DNA of 64,000 nucleotides from Isurus oxyrinchus (lineage: Eukaryota), in the NCBI GenBank assembly GCA_026770705.1, contig JANJGN010000016.1:110050001-110114000 (forward strand). Reading direction: 5' to 3'. Shown piece after piece: positions 39,301 through 52,522 of the stretch. The notes under the pieces were generated by a model that saw only the letters and a list, made by a program, of their open reading frames with translations, ran no database searches and was not told the origin of the DNA. Numbering within the stretch: the first letter of the stretch is position 1; every line of letters begins with the position of its first letter. Made by a program: the position numbers and the translations under genes.

Positions 39301-40496
39301 ATGGCTTGGCACAAATAGTAAGAAAGTCTAAGGATGAGCAATAAATGTCAACAATCTTGTCAAATGTACATTGATCATGTCAAGATCTACATTTCAACAA
39401 ATTGTACAAAAGAAAAACAGATTTTGAGATTAATGAGAGACTATCTTTAACTTTTGTGGCCTGTCCATTGTAATGTTGTGAAATCTCCTCTGTGGGAACA
39501 TACAGCTAACATTGTAATTGAGCTGAAGACAGATCCTTTCTGCTTTCGGATAGAGTGCACATTCAGATTCAAACATTAGTTTAGCTTCATCTTTTTCAGG
39601 AGGTAGTCACGCACACCTCTTGATTAAGCTAATTAGTAGAAATTTGAGCTCCACAACATCATCAAAAGAAGGGTAACATCAGTGACGGTGTTCATGAAGC
39701 AAAACAAATCAGTGAACTTGAGGGCGCAATAATTGATCAAAGAACAACTGACAGCAGGTGGCTTAACTTCAACAAACTGTATAAATATTGAGTTACCCAT
39801 TGGAAATAAGCAAAAATGCATTCCCTTTCAACTCCTCAGATAGAGTTATTTGGTTTACTCACTTAGCCGCAGAGTACTCAAATTATGCCATTATATTTTA
39901 TAAAGAGCCAAAGATCTTGGGCCCACACTGTAGGACACTGTATGTTGTAAGTGATATGAAAGAAGATGAGATCATTCAAGTTGAAGAGGTTAAAATCTGG
40001 GTTGGATTTTTGAGGCTCACAGGCAAAAGGAGAAGCTCTGGGGCAGAATTTTCCCGTTGGCATGTGGGGGTGGGCCCCGCACACCCATGTGTAAAATGAC
40101 ACGCCGTGATGTCTGGCGAGCGTCCCGACCTCACCGCGCGCCATCGCGATATTTCGTTGGGCGGGCGCGCGTTGATCTCCGATTCACACCCGCCATTAAT
40201 TAACCGGCCACTTAAGGCCCTTGTGGCGCCAATCGATGGCGATTTTTTGGCACCCGTGCGATATTCGGGTTGGCGCAGGGACACAACATGCAGGATAAGA
40301 GGGGTCAGTGGGGTCGTGAGTGTGCTTTGTCAAATATTGATTTTTCAAAGTTGCTGATACTTGCCTGTGTGATCTGCAATACTTCAAAACACAGACCAAC
40401 TGCTTGGTCTGGACTGACAACCTTCAGGTCAGCACTCTGCAGTGAGGAAGCTTTTTTGGGCCTGCAGGTTTCAGGAAGCCTTCCCTTAGCCTGGGA

Positions 40497-41696
40497 ATGG
40501 GAGCTGAACTCTCCACTGGAGGCACCTCCTCTGAGGAGGGAGGGCTAGAAGGGGGAGGAAGCCAGAAGTGCACATTCAGCCTCCAGGGGAGCCACCTTTG
40601 GGAGAACAGGCGCAGACACAAGGGGTGCAGGGCCAAGAGGTTGTCCAAGGTGGAAAGGACCACAGAAGACATCACTATCCTGCTGCCAGGGTTTACAGGT
40701 GGTGAAGCAGCTACCTCAATATGTCTGAGGTGCAGTGCCGAAGGAGGCGCTGTCTCTGAAGGGAGATAGTCAACTATATCTGTCAGTTGATTGGGCCTGA
40801 GATCTCTGTGAACGGTGTGAGTGGACACCCCATGCCATCGGCTCTGAAGGTCACATCTGCCCTCAACTTCTATGCCTCTGGCTCCTTCCAGGGCTCGGTG
40901 GGTGATCTTTGTGGTGTCTCCCAATCAGCTTTCCACACTTGTGTCAAGCAGGTTACAGATGCTCTGTTCAGGCGTGCATTGACATCATCCACTGCCGTTG
41001 GCGCCCAGCAAGCCAGACACAGCGAGCCAGAGGCTTTGCAGCCATTGCTGGCTTCCCCCATGTCCAGGGTGCTATAGACTGTACACATGTGGCCATCAAG
41101 GCGCCAGCAGGTGAGCCCGGTGCCTTCGTCAACAGGAAGGGCTTCCACTCCATGAATGTGCAGATAGTGTGTGATCACAGGATGCTGATTCTACAAGTCT
41201 GTGCAAGGTACCCAGGCAGCTCTCACGATGCCTACATCCTCAGACATTCCCAGGATTCAGTGTTCCAGCCTGGCTGGATGGATGGCTGCTGGATAACAAG
41301 GGCTCAGAAGGTGTCTCATGACACCTCTCCGTCATCCAAGAACAGAATCTGAGCAGCGGTACAATAAGAGCCACGTCTCCACAAGGCCTGTGGTGGAGAG
41401 AGCCATCGGTCTTCTCAAGATGCGCTTCTGATGCCTGGACCACTCAGGGGGCACTCCAGTACCCCCCAGTTTGTGTGTTGCTGATAGTGATTGCATGCTG
41501 CACTCACCACAATCTTGTGCTGGAAAGGGGGGACACAGTGGAAGATGAAGATGTAGGCGCAGTGGCTGCGACTCCACACGATGAGTCCAGCAGTGAGTCC
41601 GAGGATGAGCACACACAGGGAAATGCTGAGGGGGTAGACGCTGACCCAGGCATACTCCAGGGAGGCAGGGACACCCGGGAGGCATTAACCCAATGA
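40497..41696 (+). pseudogene. Harbinger DDE transposase of copy B, disrupted
   Basis: MGAELSTGGTSSE start, LNFYASGSFQ, GAIDCTHVAIK, YPGSSHDAYIL, VVERAIGLLKMRF then a stop; the second Asp motif region is damaged. Confidence 0.88.
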
Positions 41697-42019
41697 ATGT
41701 TCAGCTAGCCCACCACATATGGACCTTCAGGACAAGCCTGGGCTGCAGGCTCCATACTCAATACCTAAGTGCAAAACTTGTTAACTAAGGCCTTTGTTAA
41801 TAAAGCTAAATGTCCCACAAAACACTCATAACATTTTTGGAAATCATCCATCTGCAGAAGAAAAGAGGCACCCTCAGCCATGGTAACATGTCTGAATTTA
41901 ATATTACAATGAAAGGAACTTAATGAAACAAAATGACAAATGTGGTAAAAATCACACCAACTTATAAAGACCTCATTGCGGGCCAACACAAAAGCACCAG
42001 TGGTAAACCTGTGGTGTGC

Positions 42020-44251
42020 CTAAGGTGACTTATGTTTACGTTTTCTGGTGCCACCTCTTGGTGCTGACCCCTCGCTGGGCGTGTCATCTGAATCACTCTG
42101 CTGTCCTGCTGGCCTCCATGACCTTGGCGGTTGTCCTCCGGCCCATGGAGCCTGTGCTGGCCCCGGCTGGGAGGGAGCTGCCAGTTACACAGTTGGCACC
42201 TCCCCAGTCATCGCAGCCTCATTGGATGCAACAGTCACTGGGAGAGGGGTGGAGGAGCTGCTGTCCTCATATTGAGCGCCCTGAGATGAGCCCACGGAGA
42301 TGACAGGCAGCTGCTGTGCCAACGTGAGGTCACTTCGGACCTCTCTGCTCACCATGGATGGATGGGCACTGAGCTGGGAAACTTGGTTCCCAGACCATCT
42401 CCCACACAGGCAATGACCAGCTGAGGTCAACGCCGATGTGAGGGCTTGCTGGTCTGAGCGCATTCCCAGGAAGCCCTGATGAGTCTCCTGGAGGAGCCTC
42501 TCCATGACAGTTGCCACCCTTTCCATGGAGGACCATGGCGCTCGGTCATGTGGCGCATTGCTTTGGTGGTAGTCCTCGTAGACTCCTCCACCACGGACAC
42601 CAAGCCAAGCATAGCCTCATGTATCTCCACCTGAGGTTCCCAGACACCCGACCGCATTTCCTGCCCCTGCTGCATCGCAGACGAGTCCAGGGGCACATCA
42701 TTAGGCTCCGACTGAGAATGTGCCTGATCCCCTGCAGTCTTCTGACTGCTGGCACCATGGGCACTCTCTGTCTCTGCCAGCTCCTCCCGTAACTGTGAAG
42801 TGCCCTCACTGCTGTGCCCCGGGACACTAGCCAATGTTCTAATTCCCACCGAGGTGCTAGTATCTGTGCTGGTGCCTGCCTGGCAGAGATGGTGTGACGC
42901 TGGTGAGTCTGTGACTTCAAGGCCCTCGGCTGTGAGAGGGGGCCCCTGTTGCTGCTCCTCCTGGCCCTGCTCCACTGATGCTGAAAGGAAGAACAAGGAC
43001 ATTGGGTCAGTTAACGTGGAGACAATGTCAGTCTGCATCCCTGCCCCCCGAATCATTATGTGCTCATCCTCCCATAAGCAATGGTCAAGCCACATTGCAA
43101 ACTTCAATCACTGAACATCCAGCACTGCCATGGCTGTTGGGAGAACAATGGTGACCTCACTGCTGGGCACACATACCTGCCCGTGGCACCCCAGCCTCAC
43201 CAACACCAGTAGACCTGGGCTCATGGTGCCTCTCCAAATCTAGGGCCTCCTGCTTGAAGCGGCTAAGAATTGCTAACTGTGCCGGCCCTCCACCAGTCCT
43301 CACCAGCTCGGTGACATTATGTACATTCTTCTCCTGAAAAGGAGAGAAGAGAATTGGTTAGTGCTACTTGTACCTGGACTCTCTTCGCAGATGGCCCATC
43401 CCAACCAGAGTGGGACATTGCAGGACTCCAGTGCCTCCTCACCCTGCTGCTGCCGAACACTCACACAAAGATGCCTGGCCTGTCCCCACCCCCAACCCCC
43501 AAACCCTTGGGCAAACGCTGCCCACATCACATTAGGCACCACATGGTCTAATCTTCCATAGAAAGGAGGCTCAAGCACGTGGAGTGCAGAGGGCAGCAGA
43601 TCGATTGGTGCCAACACCACCTTGAAGATCCCCTCCCAGCATAGCATCACCCTGACTTTGACATGTCCTGCAGTTCCAGCACTGCGCCTGGGTGCAGCTC
43701 CTCCAGGTTGCCCCAAAAACAGTAATGTGTGTCTCAGTGTACCATGAGCTGCGGAGGCAAAACCCATCTTTTCACCACCCTCTCAGGGTGACAGCATGGT
43801 CAATGTCTGCTGGCCCACCCAGCGAAGGACACTTGTTGTCAATGATTCAATGCAGTCACTACACTCAGATTTGGGGTGTGGGGAGGGTGGGGGGGGGGCG
43901 GTGGGGTGTGGGGAGGGGGGGCACCAGGGAGGAAAGTCAACCTGCTGGGTTAAGTGACCAATGCCAACATTGCTCTCACCCTTCCTGAGCGCAACAGGTC
44001 GTTGAAGCGCTTGTGACACTGGATCCAGGTGCACTGCACCACATCACAGGAGCTCACCACCTCCGCCACCTCCTCCCAGGCACGTTCAGTAATGTGGGGG
44101 GGCCTCCTCCTCCCGTCCTGAGGTATGAGGACCTCGAGGTGGGCAGCAGGGTAATCATCCGATAAACGAGGGCCACAGTGTCCCCCTGCCCTCCCCTCCT
44201 GCCTGGGCCTGTTCAACAGCAGCGCTCTGGGGAGCCCTTCCACTGGCCATG
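42020..44251 (-). pseudogene. Harbinger Myb/SANT-like gene of copy B, disrupted
   Basis: PRLSDD...AWEEVAEVVSS...TWIQCHKRFNDLLRSGR; same intron positions as copy A. Confidence 0.8.
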
Positions 44252-45729
44252 ATTCACAGCCATGGAAAGGCTACAGCAGCTTTTTAAAACAGGCCACTGG
44301 GTCGCCATTGGACCTGGTGGTCATTGCAGTCCTGCCGCTGCCTGCCCACTCCCACTGTCCTCAGGAGCCGCGATTCACGCTGGGTGGGCCTTAATTGGCT
44401 CGCCTGTGTAAAATGGAGGCACGGAACTGATCACGGGTGGTAATCGGGTCCACACCCACCTGGCCCACTCCCGATCTGCCCACCCGACAGGAAGAGAATT
44501 CTGCCCCTGGAGCTCCATGGTTTCCTGGGAAAGATTGAGATCCTGGAAGCATTGAGATTGAGTGCAGTAACATCAAGGGCCCATTTTTAATGTAAGACAG
44601 CAATAGACTAAAACATTTCAAGAAAGGAGGAATTCCTGCAAATTTTCTTTTCTTACAGATTCCTCTTGATGCAATTGTGTAAAACCCTTTCACTTTAAAC
44701 AGAGTTAAAATTGGACCATAACACTATGAGAGTTTAAGGACAATGAAATACATGCTGGAAATATATTTAGAGAGAAATAGAATAGTTCAGAAGAGAAACA
44801 GCTATAGAATCATTCAATGGCAATTTACTGGACTTGTAATACAGGGCAGGCTGTGTTAGCTAAGTCCTGCTAGAAGATGCCCTTGCTCATTGAGGTAGAT
44901 CAATTATTTCCAGATTTCCCACTATTACTACATGGGATGTGGGGCCATGATCATTTTATTTACATTGCACATGCCAAAAAGAAACATATAACGTAACGGA
45001 CTGCACAGGCTCATAATAAGAGCTCAGTTTTGTCCACTTTAATTTGTTAAATGGTGTACAGTGGTCTGACTCTCATCGATGTCAAACAGATTTATCCTTT
45101 GGTTCTAGCACTTTTCATTTCAATTTGCACATCATCATATTGCTGTGGTTTCTTCATAACAATAAAAATGATGCATCCAATGGGGGGGGATGATTTCCTC
45201 TGGCTTTCTCTGCAATGTTGTATATTTAGCGGGAGAATTTTGTCAGGTTGCTATTTATTGAATAATTATGAAAGCATTTTAAAAGAACCATTTTTCAGTT
45301 TTATTGGATAGAATAATCCAAGGAAATTGCTGTACAATCTACATTGAAATCTTCACCCATTGCTTGGCAGAGTATGGGTCTAATGAGGTTGCACAAAGCT
45401 AATGTAGAAAATATTCTATTCCATGTTGACATTCCTCCTTTAAATGGTTGTAGGAACAGCAATAAACTAAAACATTTCAAGGTAGGAGGAATTCCTGAAA
45501 ATTTTCTTTTCTTACAAATTCCTCTCGATGCAATTATGTAAAAATGAACCACTCGTCCTTTGTGCTCTCTTCCCAACATGTTATTGCTCAATTGTTACGC
45601 AGACACACATTTTTTCAGCTGACTTACTATCGATTTACTCCAAACATGCTCAACAATTATGTAAAGGCTGAACTCTAACAGAAGGTTGTCCAGATTCACT
45701 TTATTCATAGTTCAATTCTTACTCCAATC

Positions 45730-46250
45730 TTGGGTAGGTTTCTGGCTCTCACATTGTTGCTTCCTTCCCACCATCCAAAGAGGGGGCAAGGAACACATAA
45801 CACATCCCCACTGAATGAGTGCCCCGCTGCCATTTCACACTCGAATGCGCAGTGTATAGTTGCAGGCGGGACTTCTGCCCCTCACTCAGGAGGAAGTCCC
45901 ACCTTAGAGAGCTGCCAGCCAATCTGATTGGCTGGCAGCTCTCCATTCCCTGCAGCGACAAAAGCAGCAGTGGACTGAAGAAGAAGCGCACCAACATGAC
46001 TGAGACTAAGTCCTGGAACCAGAGGGAGAGGTAAGTTTAGAGGGGGTCCCAGGGTGAGAAGGTTAGGGAGACCTGGGGGAGAACAAAGGGAGCAGCTGGA
46101 GTGTTGGGGGAAAGGTCAGGTTCAAGGGAGGGAGGTCCATCAGCCACTGGACCTTAAGTGGGGGGGAGGGGACGGGGGAGGTTAGTGGAGGGTTGGGGGA
46201 CGCCCACAGTCAGAAAGGGGCTTCTAATAGAGGTGAGCCCACCCACCCCC
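45730..46250. mobile_element. MITE fragment related to 663-1186
   Basis: Shares ctcaggagga..tcccacctta.agagctgcca.ccaatc and a downstream aggtaagtt. Confidence 0.5.
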
Positions 46251-46378
46251 ACCATGCACCCAAACAATCCTTGTTGCTTGTCCTCTACATGAGCAATAGT
46301 GCTGCCCTGTTCCCATATTCCCTTATTTCCCTTTCCTTCATCCAACTATCTGACCAATTAACCATTGACGGAGTCTCT

Positions 46379-49300
46379 GGGAGGATTTGTCCCAGATTTG
46401 CACTAAGTGCGGTAGCGGAGGTGAAAAAAGGCATTATAGCCGCTGGCTGCAATGGCAGATTTTTTGAGCTGTATCATCCCCTTCCCCGCCTCATTAATTG
46501 CGCAGTAATGGGAAACACGCTGGATCACTGGCAGTCAGCCTCCAATTTGCCTGCCACTCCATGACCTCACCACTTTCTCACTCTGGGCGCCATAATTAAA
46601 CTGCAGAAAGCCGCAAAATTCTCAATGCTCGCAGCCCAGGACTGCTCTGGTGAAGACATGGCCCCAAAAGCCAAGAAGAGTGCACACCCCCCCCCCCCCC
46701 CGATTCAGTGACGCATCACTGGAACACCTTTTGGACGCCATGGAGGCTCACCGAGATGTCCTCTACCCCAGCACTGGCCACAGGAGGCCCATCAGTCTCA
46801 CCACTCCAGCTTGGGAGGGGGTGGCAGAGCTGGTCAGTGCCAATGCTGCACACAAGAGGTTGGCCATCCAGTGCAGAAAAAAGATGAATGATCTCATCTG
46901 TGCCACCAGAGTAAGGCAACCACCTCATCACTCTAAACTCACACACTCAAGTCCATCACGCATTCACTGGCATCTCACTCACTGGCAGCTCAGGGGACAT
47001 CACCACTCACTCTCTCACACACCCTCACATCTTCGTCTGGCCTCATCTCCTCTGGAGATCACCTCCACATCCACATCCTGTCCATGGCTCCACTCAGCAC
47101 ACACACGCCTGGCATCCTTCTCATTTGGCCTGACATGCATCTTGCTCACACTATCTCCATTTGTCTTTTTGCAGGTCAAGATCGCACATAATCAATGGGA
47201 GAGGTCCCAGACCGGGGGTGACGTGCCGGACATCAAGGCTCTCACTCCGTCAGACAGTTGCGCGTTGGAGCTGGTCAGAGAGGGTGTGGACCATTCCTGT
47301 GGTGACAGTGAGGTCAGAGGCAAGCATCCACATGTGGATCCTGCACCAGATCATCCCTCTTTCAATGTGACTCCGAGTCCACTGTTCTGTGTGTAACCCG
47401 GCTGCCAAACACTAATAATCTCCACCTTCTTTTCTGACACATATCTGACACATCACCCTCAATCTTGACTCCAACCCCAGCACCAAGGGCACCTTGGATG
47501 AGGACCCCAAGTGCAGCACCATTGAAGACCCATTACGGACTCACCCACACCCTCCACCAGCACAGTAGCACACATCTCGGTGGGATCTAGATGTAGAGCA
47601 GCCTCAGGATCACAATCTGTTGAGCACAGCACACATTCTGTTCCACAGCAAGTGGGGGCAAGGACATCCGAGGTCACCAACACTTGGAGGACTGCTGGAG
47701 GCAAGGAATCTGCTGAGTCTGAGTCAGATGATGAGCCTCTGGATTCGGTCCTCAATCAGTTATTGGAGGTGCAAAAACAATCGTGGGAACATCAGGAAGG
47801 GATGTCTGGTGCATTGCTCATATTGCAAGGGACGATGGAGGAGACTGCCACCTTCAGGCTGAGGTGATAGCACCGGCATGCTGACACACCGAGGTCAACG
47901 CTGGTAGGATGGCAGCTGCCATGGAGACCTTGGTCCAGGACATCAGTGCTACACTGTTGCACAGGCTGAACTCCTTCGCTGACACCAGAGTTGGCCTTCA
48001 ACAGTGTCAATGCGAGAGGGCTGAGGGCCAGCTCGATCTCACTCCAGCTTTCCCTTCTCCTCAATCAGGGGCCATCAAGCATCCAGGTGGAGACAGCTCA
48101 ACACCCTGAGGCTATCCACTCAATTGACTCCAGGAATGTCTGGCTGATCCAAATCCCCTTTTCCTGTGACCCCACATCTGCAACTCCACAGGCCGCAGAG
48201 GGTGCACCTAGCCCACAGAAGGATACTCAAAGCAGGTTGGGGCCCTCCAGGTCTTGGCCCTCCAGAGGGCACCTACCAAAGTCATCACAGACAGGGTGCA
48301 GCAGTCAGCAGGCTGTGGATGCCGGGTCAGGAGGGGCAGGGTTAGGAAGGTTAAGAAGATCCAGTTGCACAGCTGGGCACAGGTGTTAATCACTTGTACA
48401 TACTGTTCACTATTGTAAATAAGCTCCCAAGAATACTTCCTTGGCAAGTGTTCGAATCACTCAGATGTGAAACCTTGGTTCCTGCACAAGATAAAGACAG
48501 GTGTCTCAGTCCAGGGCCACTTCCCTGTGCAGTGTGTAACCTTCAGACCAAGTGATGGTCCGGCTTCACACTCACTGGACACATTTCTGATGCCTGCACC
48601 TCGATGATGCTTGTTATTGCTGCCAGAATGTGGTGGGCAGGGGTCACAGAATTCCATCATTCTCTCTGTGTGCTCTCAGCATCTTTAAGGTAGGGCTGGC
48701 CCCCATCTCGTCAGCATCTGTGACCGGTGATGCTGTACTCCTGAAGAGGTCAGGTGCTGAAGACTGACAAAGGATGAGGTGCATTTAAAGTTTCACAGCT
48801 GCATCTCCTTGATATGACCCTGATCACAGAGCGCAAGCGAGCTGCCCTCAGCCAGACAGGAGTCTGACATTCACAGAGGCTGTGTGAATGAAGATCTTTG
48901 GAGTGCCCTCACTGTATGTCGTCATCATCCTCCTGGAACCTAGTGGCTATTAGGGCTTCCACTGCATCTCCATGACATGAGCCTGAGCACTGAGGGTATG
49001 TGCGCTGCCATCAGCCAAACTGGAGTCAAACATTCACAGATGCAAGATGAGGATGTCAGGACTGTCCTCATTGCATCTCATCATCATCTCTCACGAATCT
49101 TGCAGCTATTAGGGCCTCAGGGCTGTGCCTGCCTCATCTGGCCAGTGCCAGCATCCTTGTCTTCGAGGACCTCATCACCCTGGTCCCCATCGACATCCTC
49201 ACTGGAGGAGACACGCAGCTCTTCTATCTCCCCCTCAGCCAGCTCCTCCCCCCATTGCAGCACCAGGTTGTGGAGCCCACAACAAGCGACAATGATGCGT

Positions 49301-50830
49301 GACACCCTCGTTGGGACTATATTGTATTGCTCCACCAGACCTGTTGAGGCACCAGAACTTCATTTTTAAAATGCCTATCCTTTGCTCCACCAAAGTCTGG
49401 GTAACGGCATGAGCCTTGTTATACCGTCGCTCTGCTGCAGTCTGATCCTGACCGAAATGCACAAAGTTCTGTGCCTTCGTGAAGATGGTATCTGTGACCT
49501 CCTGGATGCACTTGTGTGTGGTGGATTGTGAGATCCCACACAGATCACCTGGGAAGCTCCGAAAGGAAACAGACATTAAAATTGAGTTCCACAGTCACTT
49601 TCATGGCCACTGGCAGTGGATGCCTTCCACGTCCACGTGGTGCTAAACCTGCAGCAGGTGGCACATGTGACCGACCAGTTCCCTAGACATGTACAGTCTT
49701 TGGCAACACTGGTTCTCAGTCATCTGCAGGAATGACAAGAGCCACCTATAGACCCTGAGTCTAGCGAGACATCTACGAGTGACAGCTTGCTGTGGATCTT
49801 CAGCTGCATGCGCAGGAAGCCCTGCTCCATCTTCATTTTGAGGGTGATGCTCCTCCCATGGGTGAGCCAGGTACCTCTGTCGCACTCTTCTCCTTCTTCT
49901 CTGCTCACTGTCAGCTATGCGGCATATCACTAAATCACCAGGGTCCATGATCCTGATGTTCTCCTCCTGCAGGATCAAAGAGAGAGACGCGTGGGTAAGC
50001 ATCTGTGTCCTAAGAAGCCCTCTTGGTTAAGTCTTATGGCCCTTTGTGCATGCCGGAGAATGCTGGTCACCTCTTGGATGGCCAGTGTGTTTTGCGCTAG
50101 TGAGAGTTTGATGGCATATTCATGCTTTTGCTAGCTTGAGTGGGCAGAAATATGTTGCTTGAGTGGGCAGAAATTCTTCAGAGGCCCGATTCCAAGCATG
50201 TCAATGGAGCTGCTGCTGAACAGTCTCAGCTGTGGAAGAATGCTCACTTTTGACAAGTTTTTCCAAGTGTGAGGCCATTTCCCTCACCCTCTTCCCACTC
50301 TTCTGTCAGTTTCTGCTGCCTTGCCCCCCCCAACCCCCAGCCACACCCACACTGGAGCCCTTGCCCTGCCAGCCGGGAAAAAGCAACTTGCCTGTGCACC
50401 GCACCCCCCCCCACAACCCACCCCCTCCCCCCCCACCCCCAAATGCACAGTGCCTCTTCCTGATGTCCTGCAGGCAATGCTCACAAGCACTACGCAAGGT
50501 TATGTGCACTCACCTCTGAGATCCCCTCAAAGTTCAGCTCGCCAGGCGCACACCTTTTCAAAGCAGCCGTAAATCACTCTGTTCTGAAGTCACGCCAAGG
50601 TGGGAGGTTAATTTGACATAGGGGGGACGATTCCAGTGAACAGGCACAATGGTGGGATGCAAATGGATTAAAATTAAGTTCCCAACATTGAATGGCGGGA
50701 AACGCGGCCCGCCATTGATGGGCAGAGCGGACAATTGCAAACTGGTTTCACGGCGGAGTAAAACCAATTTTTGTCTTTCTCACCATATTGTCTACCCATA
50801 CCTGCCATGATGCCTACTATCAATGAGAGC
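46379..50830. mobile_element. PIF/Harbinger element of a second family (copy C), internally deleted
   Basis: Myb-like gene on + from 46657 (PRFSDASLEHLL...AWEGVAELVS...QCRKKMNDL; donor at 46910, acceptor at ~47175). Transposase on - at ~48910-49950 (QCCQRLYMSRE, GDLCGISQST, AERRYNKAH...VEQRIGILK, CCGLHN). Left end gggaggatttgtcc; right TIR not found. Confidence 0.82.
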
Positions 50831-52301
50831 GGTTTTCATCACTAATTCCAACCATGCATTCCACATGTAAATATGTTTCTCATGCTCCCTGTCCTAAATC
50901 TCTTGTATTTAATGGTGTATCTAGATTCTCTTGCTGTAGATCCTTCAGGCACTGAAAACATTCTGCTTCTATGCACACTGTCCCAGCTCCTCATATTTTA
51001 AACACCTCTGTCAAACCTCATAATTATTCTTGCAATGAAAACAGCCCAATTTCTGATGTTGATGAGATAACAGTCAATCTTTTTGCCATGTGTAGGGATC
51101 CTAGATGAAATTAATTTAGGTGATTAAGTGTGCTGCTAATAACCTTGGGCATCATTGTCACTTAAAGTAGCATCTTAATCAAAGAATCTGCAAGAGTTGG
51201 TACAGTCGCTGAGCTTTTTCTTCTGAGTTTGAACCTCCTAAGGCACCTTGTTGATGTGGAAGCTTTACAATGGAGCTGTCTGTGTTAATCCTGAGCAGAG
51301 TATGTTTGACATTGCCTCTGGAGCTCCAGTTTTAACTTGGGGCCTGGAGTCATGTGGATGGTTGACTACAAACTGTTTGACCTTCTGCCATTGGACCTAG
51401 GAGATTTTTTCATACCAAACCTCATCTATATAGATCCCATTGATCTCTCAGCTGAACCCATTGGAAAGCCCTAACTGCCCAGTGGATATGAGCAGGAAAT
51501 GGCCCACTTCTGGCCACCCAGAGGAACAGACCCTGGCAACTGCCACAGTGGCTGAATGGAGGATTGTAAGGGACACGCGGTTAAGAAGGGAAGCCCTGGA
51601 TTGGCATGATTCATAGTTTCCTCGGGGGGCTCGGAGGATCATTGCTGTTCTTCCTGGCCTTTAAGGATGCTGAAAAATTTAACTTCCTCTTCTCTGTCCT
51701 CCTTCTGGGACAATTCCTCCTGTCATCAGGAATCACTGCACAGGCCTCGGTTGAAACTGAAGTCCGATCCCAATGAGATCAGCAGAGTCTTTATTTGAGG
51801 AAAAATCTCTATCTCACCTGTCCAGAACAGCAGGTTGTGATCGCAACCAGCTGGATTAGTGCTAGTAAGTCAACGTTTGAACTGGTTTGGTTACTGATGG
51901 CAGGCAGGTTTAAAAGTGGCCATTGCATCTCTGACATGGAAAAACATTCCATTCCATCACTGGGTTTTGAGAAGCTAAATAGGAAAACATTACCTGAAGC
52001 TATTGAATCGAGGATAGTAATCAGATCATATGTAGACAGTTGGCCAACATAAAGTATCATTGGGAGGATCTTGTAGCAAAATCCTCACCCGCAACAGTAT
52101 CTTGGTAGCTTGGGTGATTTCCTTTGTTTCTTCCTAGTAGTGTTAAGGCCAAGATTTACATCCTCAACTGGGAGATCAGTTAATTCTACACAGACTTGAG
52201 ATTGAACAAGGAATCTCTTAAAGCTGGTATCATTCTTTCAGCATAATTAAACTTATGGACTGAACTATATAAAACCATTCCTTTAACACATTACAAGTTT
52301 A

Positions 52302-52522
52302 AAAACAAAGAAAACTGCGGATGCTGGAAATCCAAAACAAAAACAGAATTACCTGGAAAAACTCAGCAGGTCTGGCAGCATCGGAGGAGAAGAAAAGAGT
52401 TGACGTTTCGAGTCCTCATGACCCTTCGACAGAACTTCAAGTTCTGTCGAAGGGTCATGAGGACTCGAAACGTCAACTCTTTTCTTCTCCTCCGATGCTG
52501 CCAAACCTGCTGAGTTTTTCCA
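52302..52522. mobile_element. Penelope-type insertion forming an 84-bp-arm palindrome, flanked by a TSD
   Basis: Arms 52354-52437 and 52439-52522 are reverse complements with one mismatch. ttacaagttta is duplicated at 52291-52301 and 52523-52533. Confidence 0.85.
52440..52478 (+). ncRNA. Minimal type-I hammerhead-ribozyme-like motif (also on the - strand through the palindrome)
   Basis: AGTT-CTGTCGA-A-GGGTC-ATGAG-GACTC-GAAAC-GTC-AACT: stem I AGTT/AACT, stem II GGGTC/GACTC, GAAA box, GUC site. The core is CUGUCGA rather than CUGANGA. Confidence 0.5.

Larger units (their letters stand above)
40041..44506. mobile_element. PIF/Harbinger DNA transposon, copy B (4466 bp), same family as copy A but inverted
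   Basis: TIRs gggcagaattttc / gagaattctgccc with TSD CTG (40038-40040 and 44507-44509). Transposase on +, Myb-like gene on -. Collinear with the reverse complement of 18042-22510. Confidence 0.93.

Noticed and set aside
39600-39760. Possible extra KANK exon (tttttcag acceptor; open stretch APQHHQKKGNISDGVHEAKQISELEG)
   Set aside because: No acceptor/donor pair gives phase 1 in and phase 1 out with good splice sites. Direct splicing 31681-to-52941 already restores the conserved KANK sequence.
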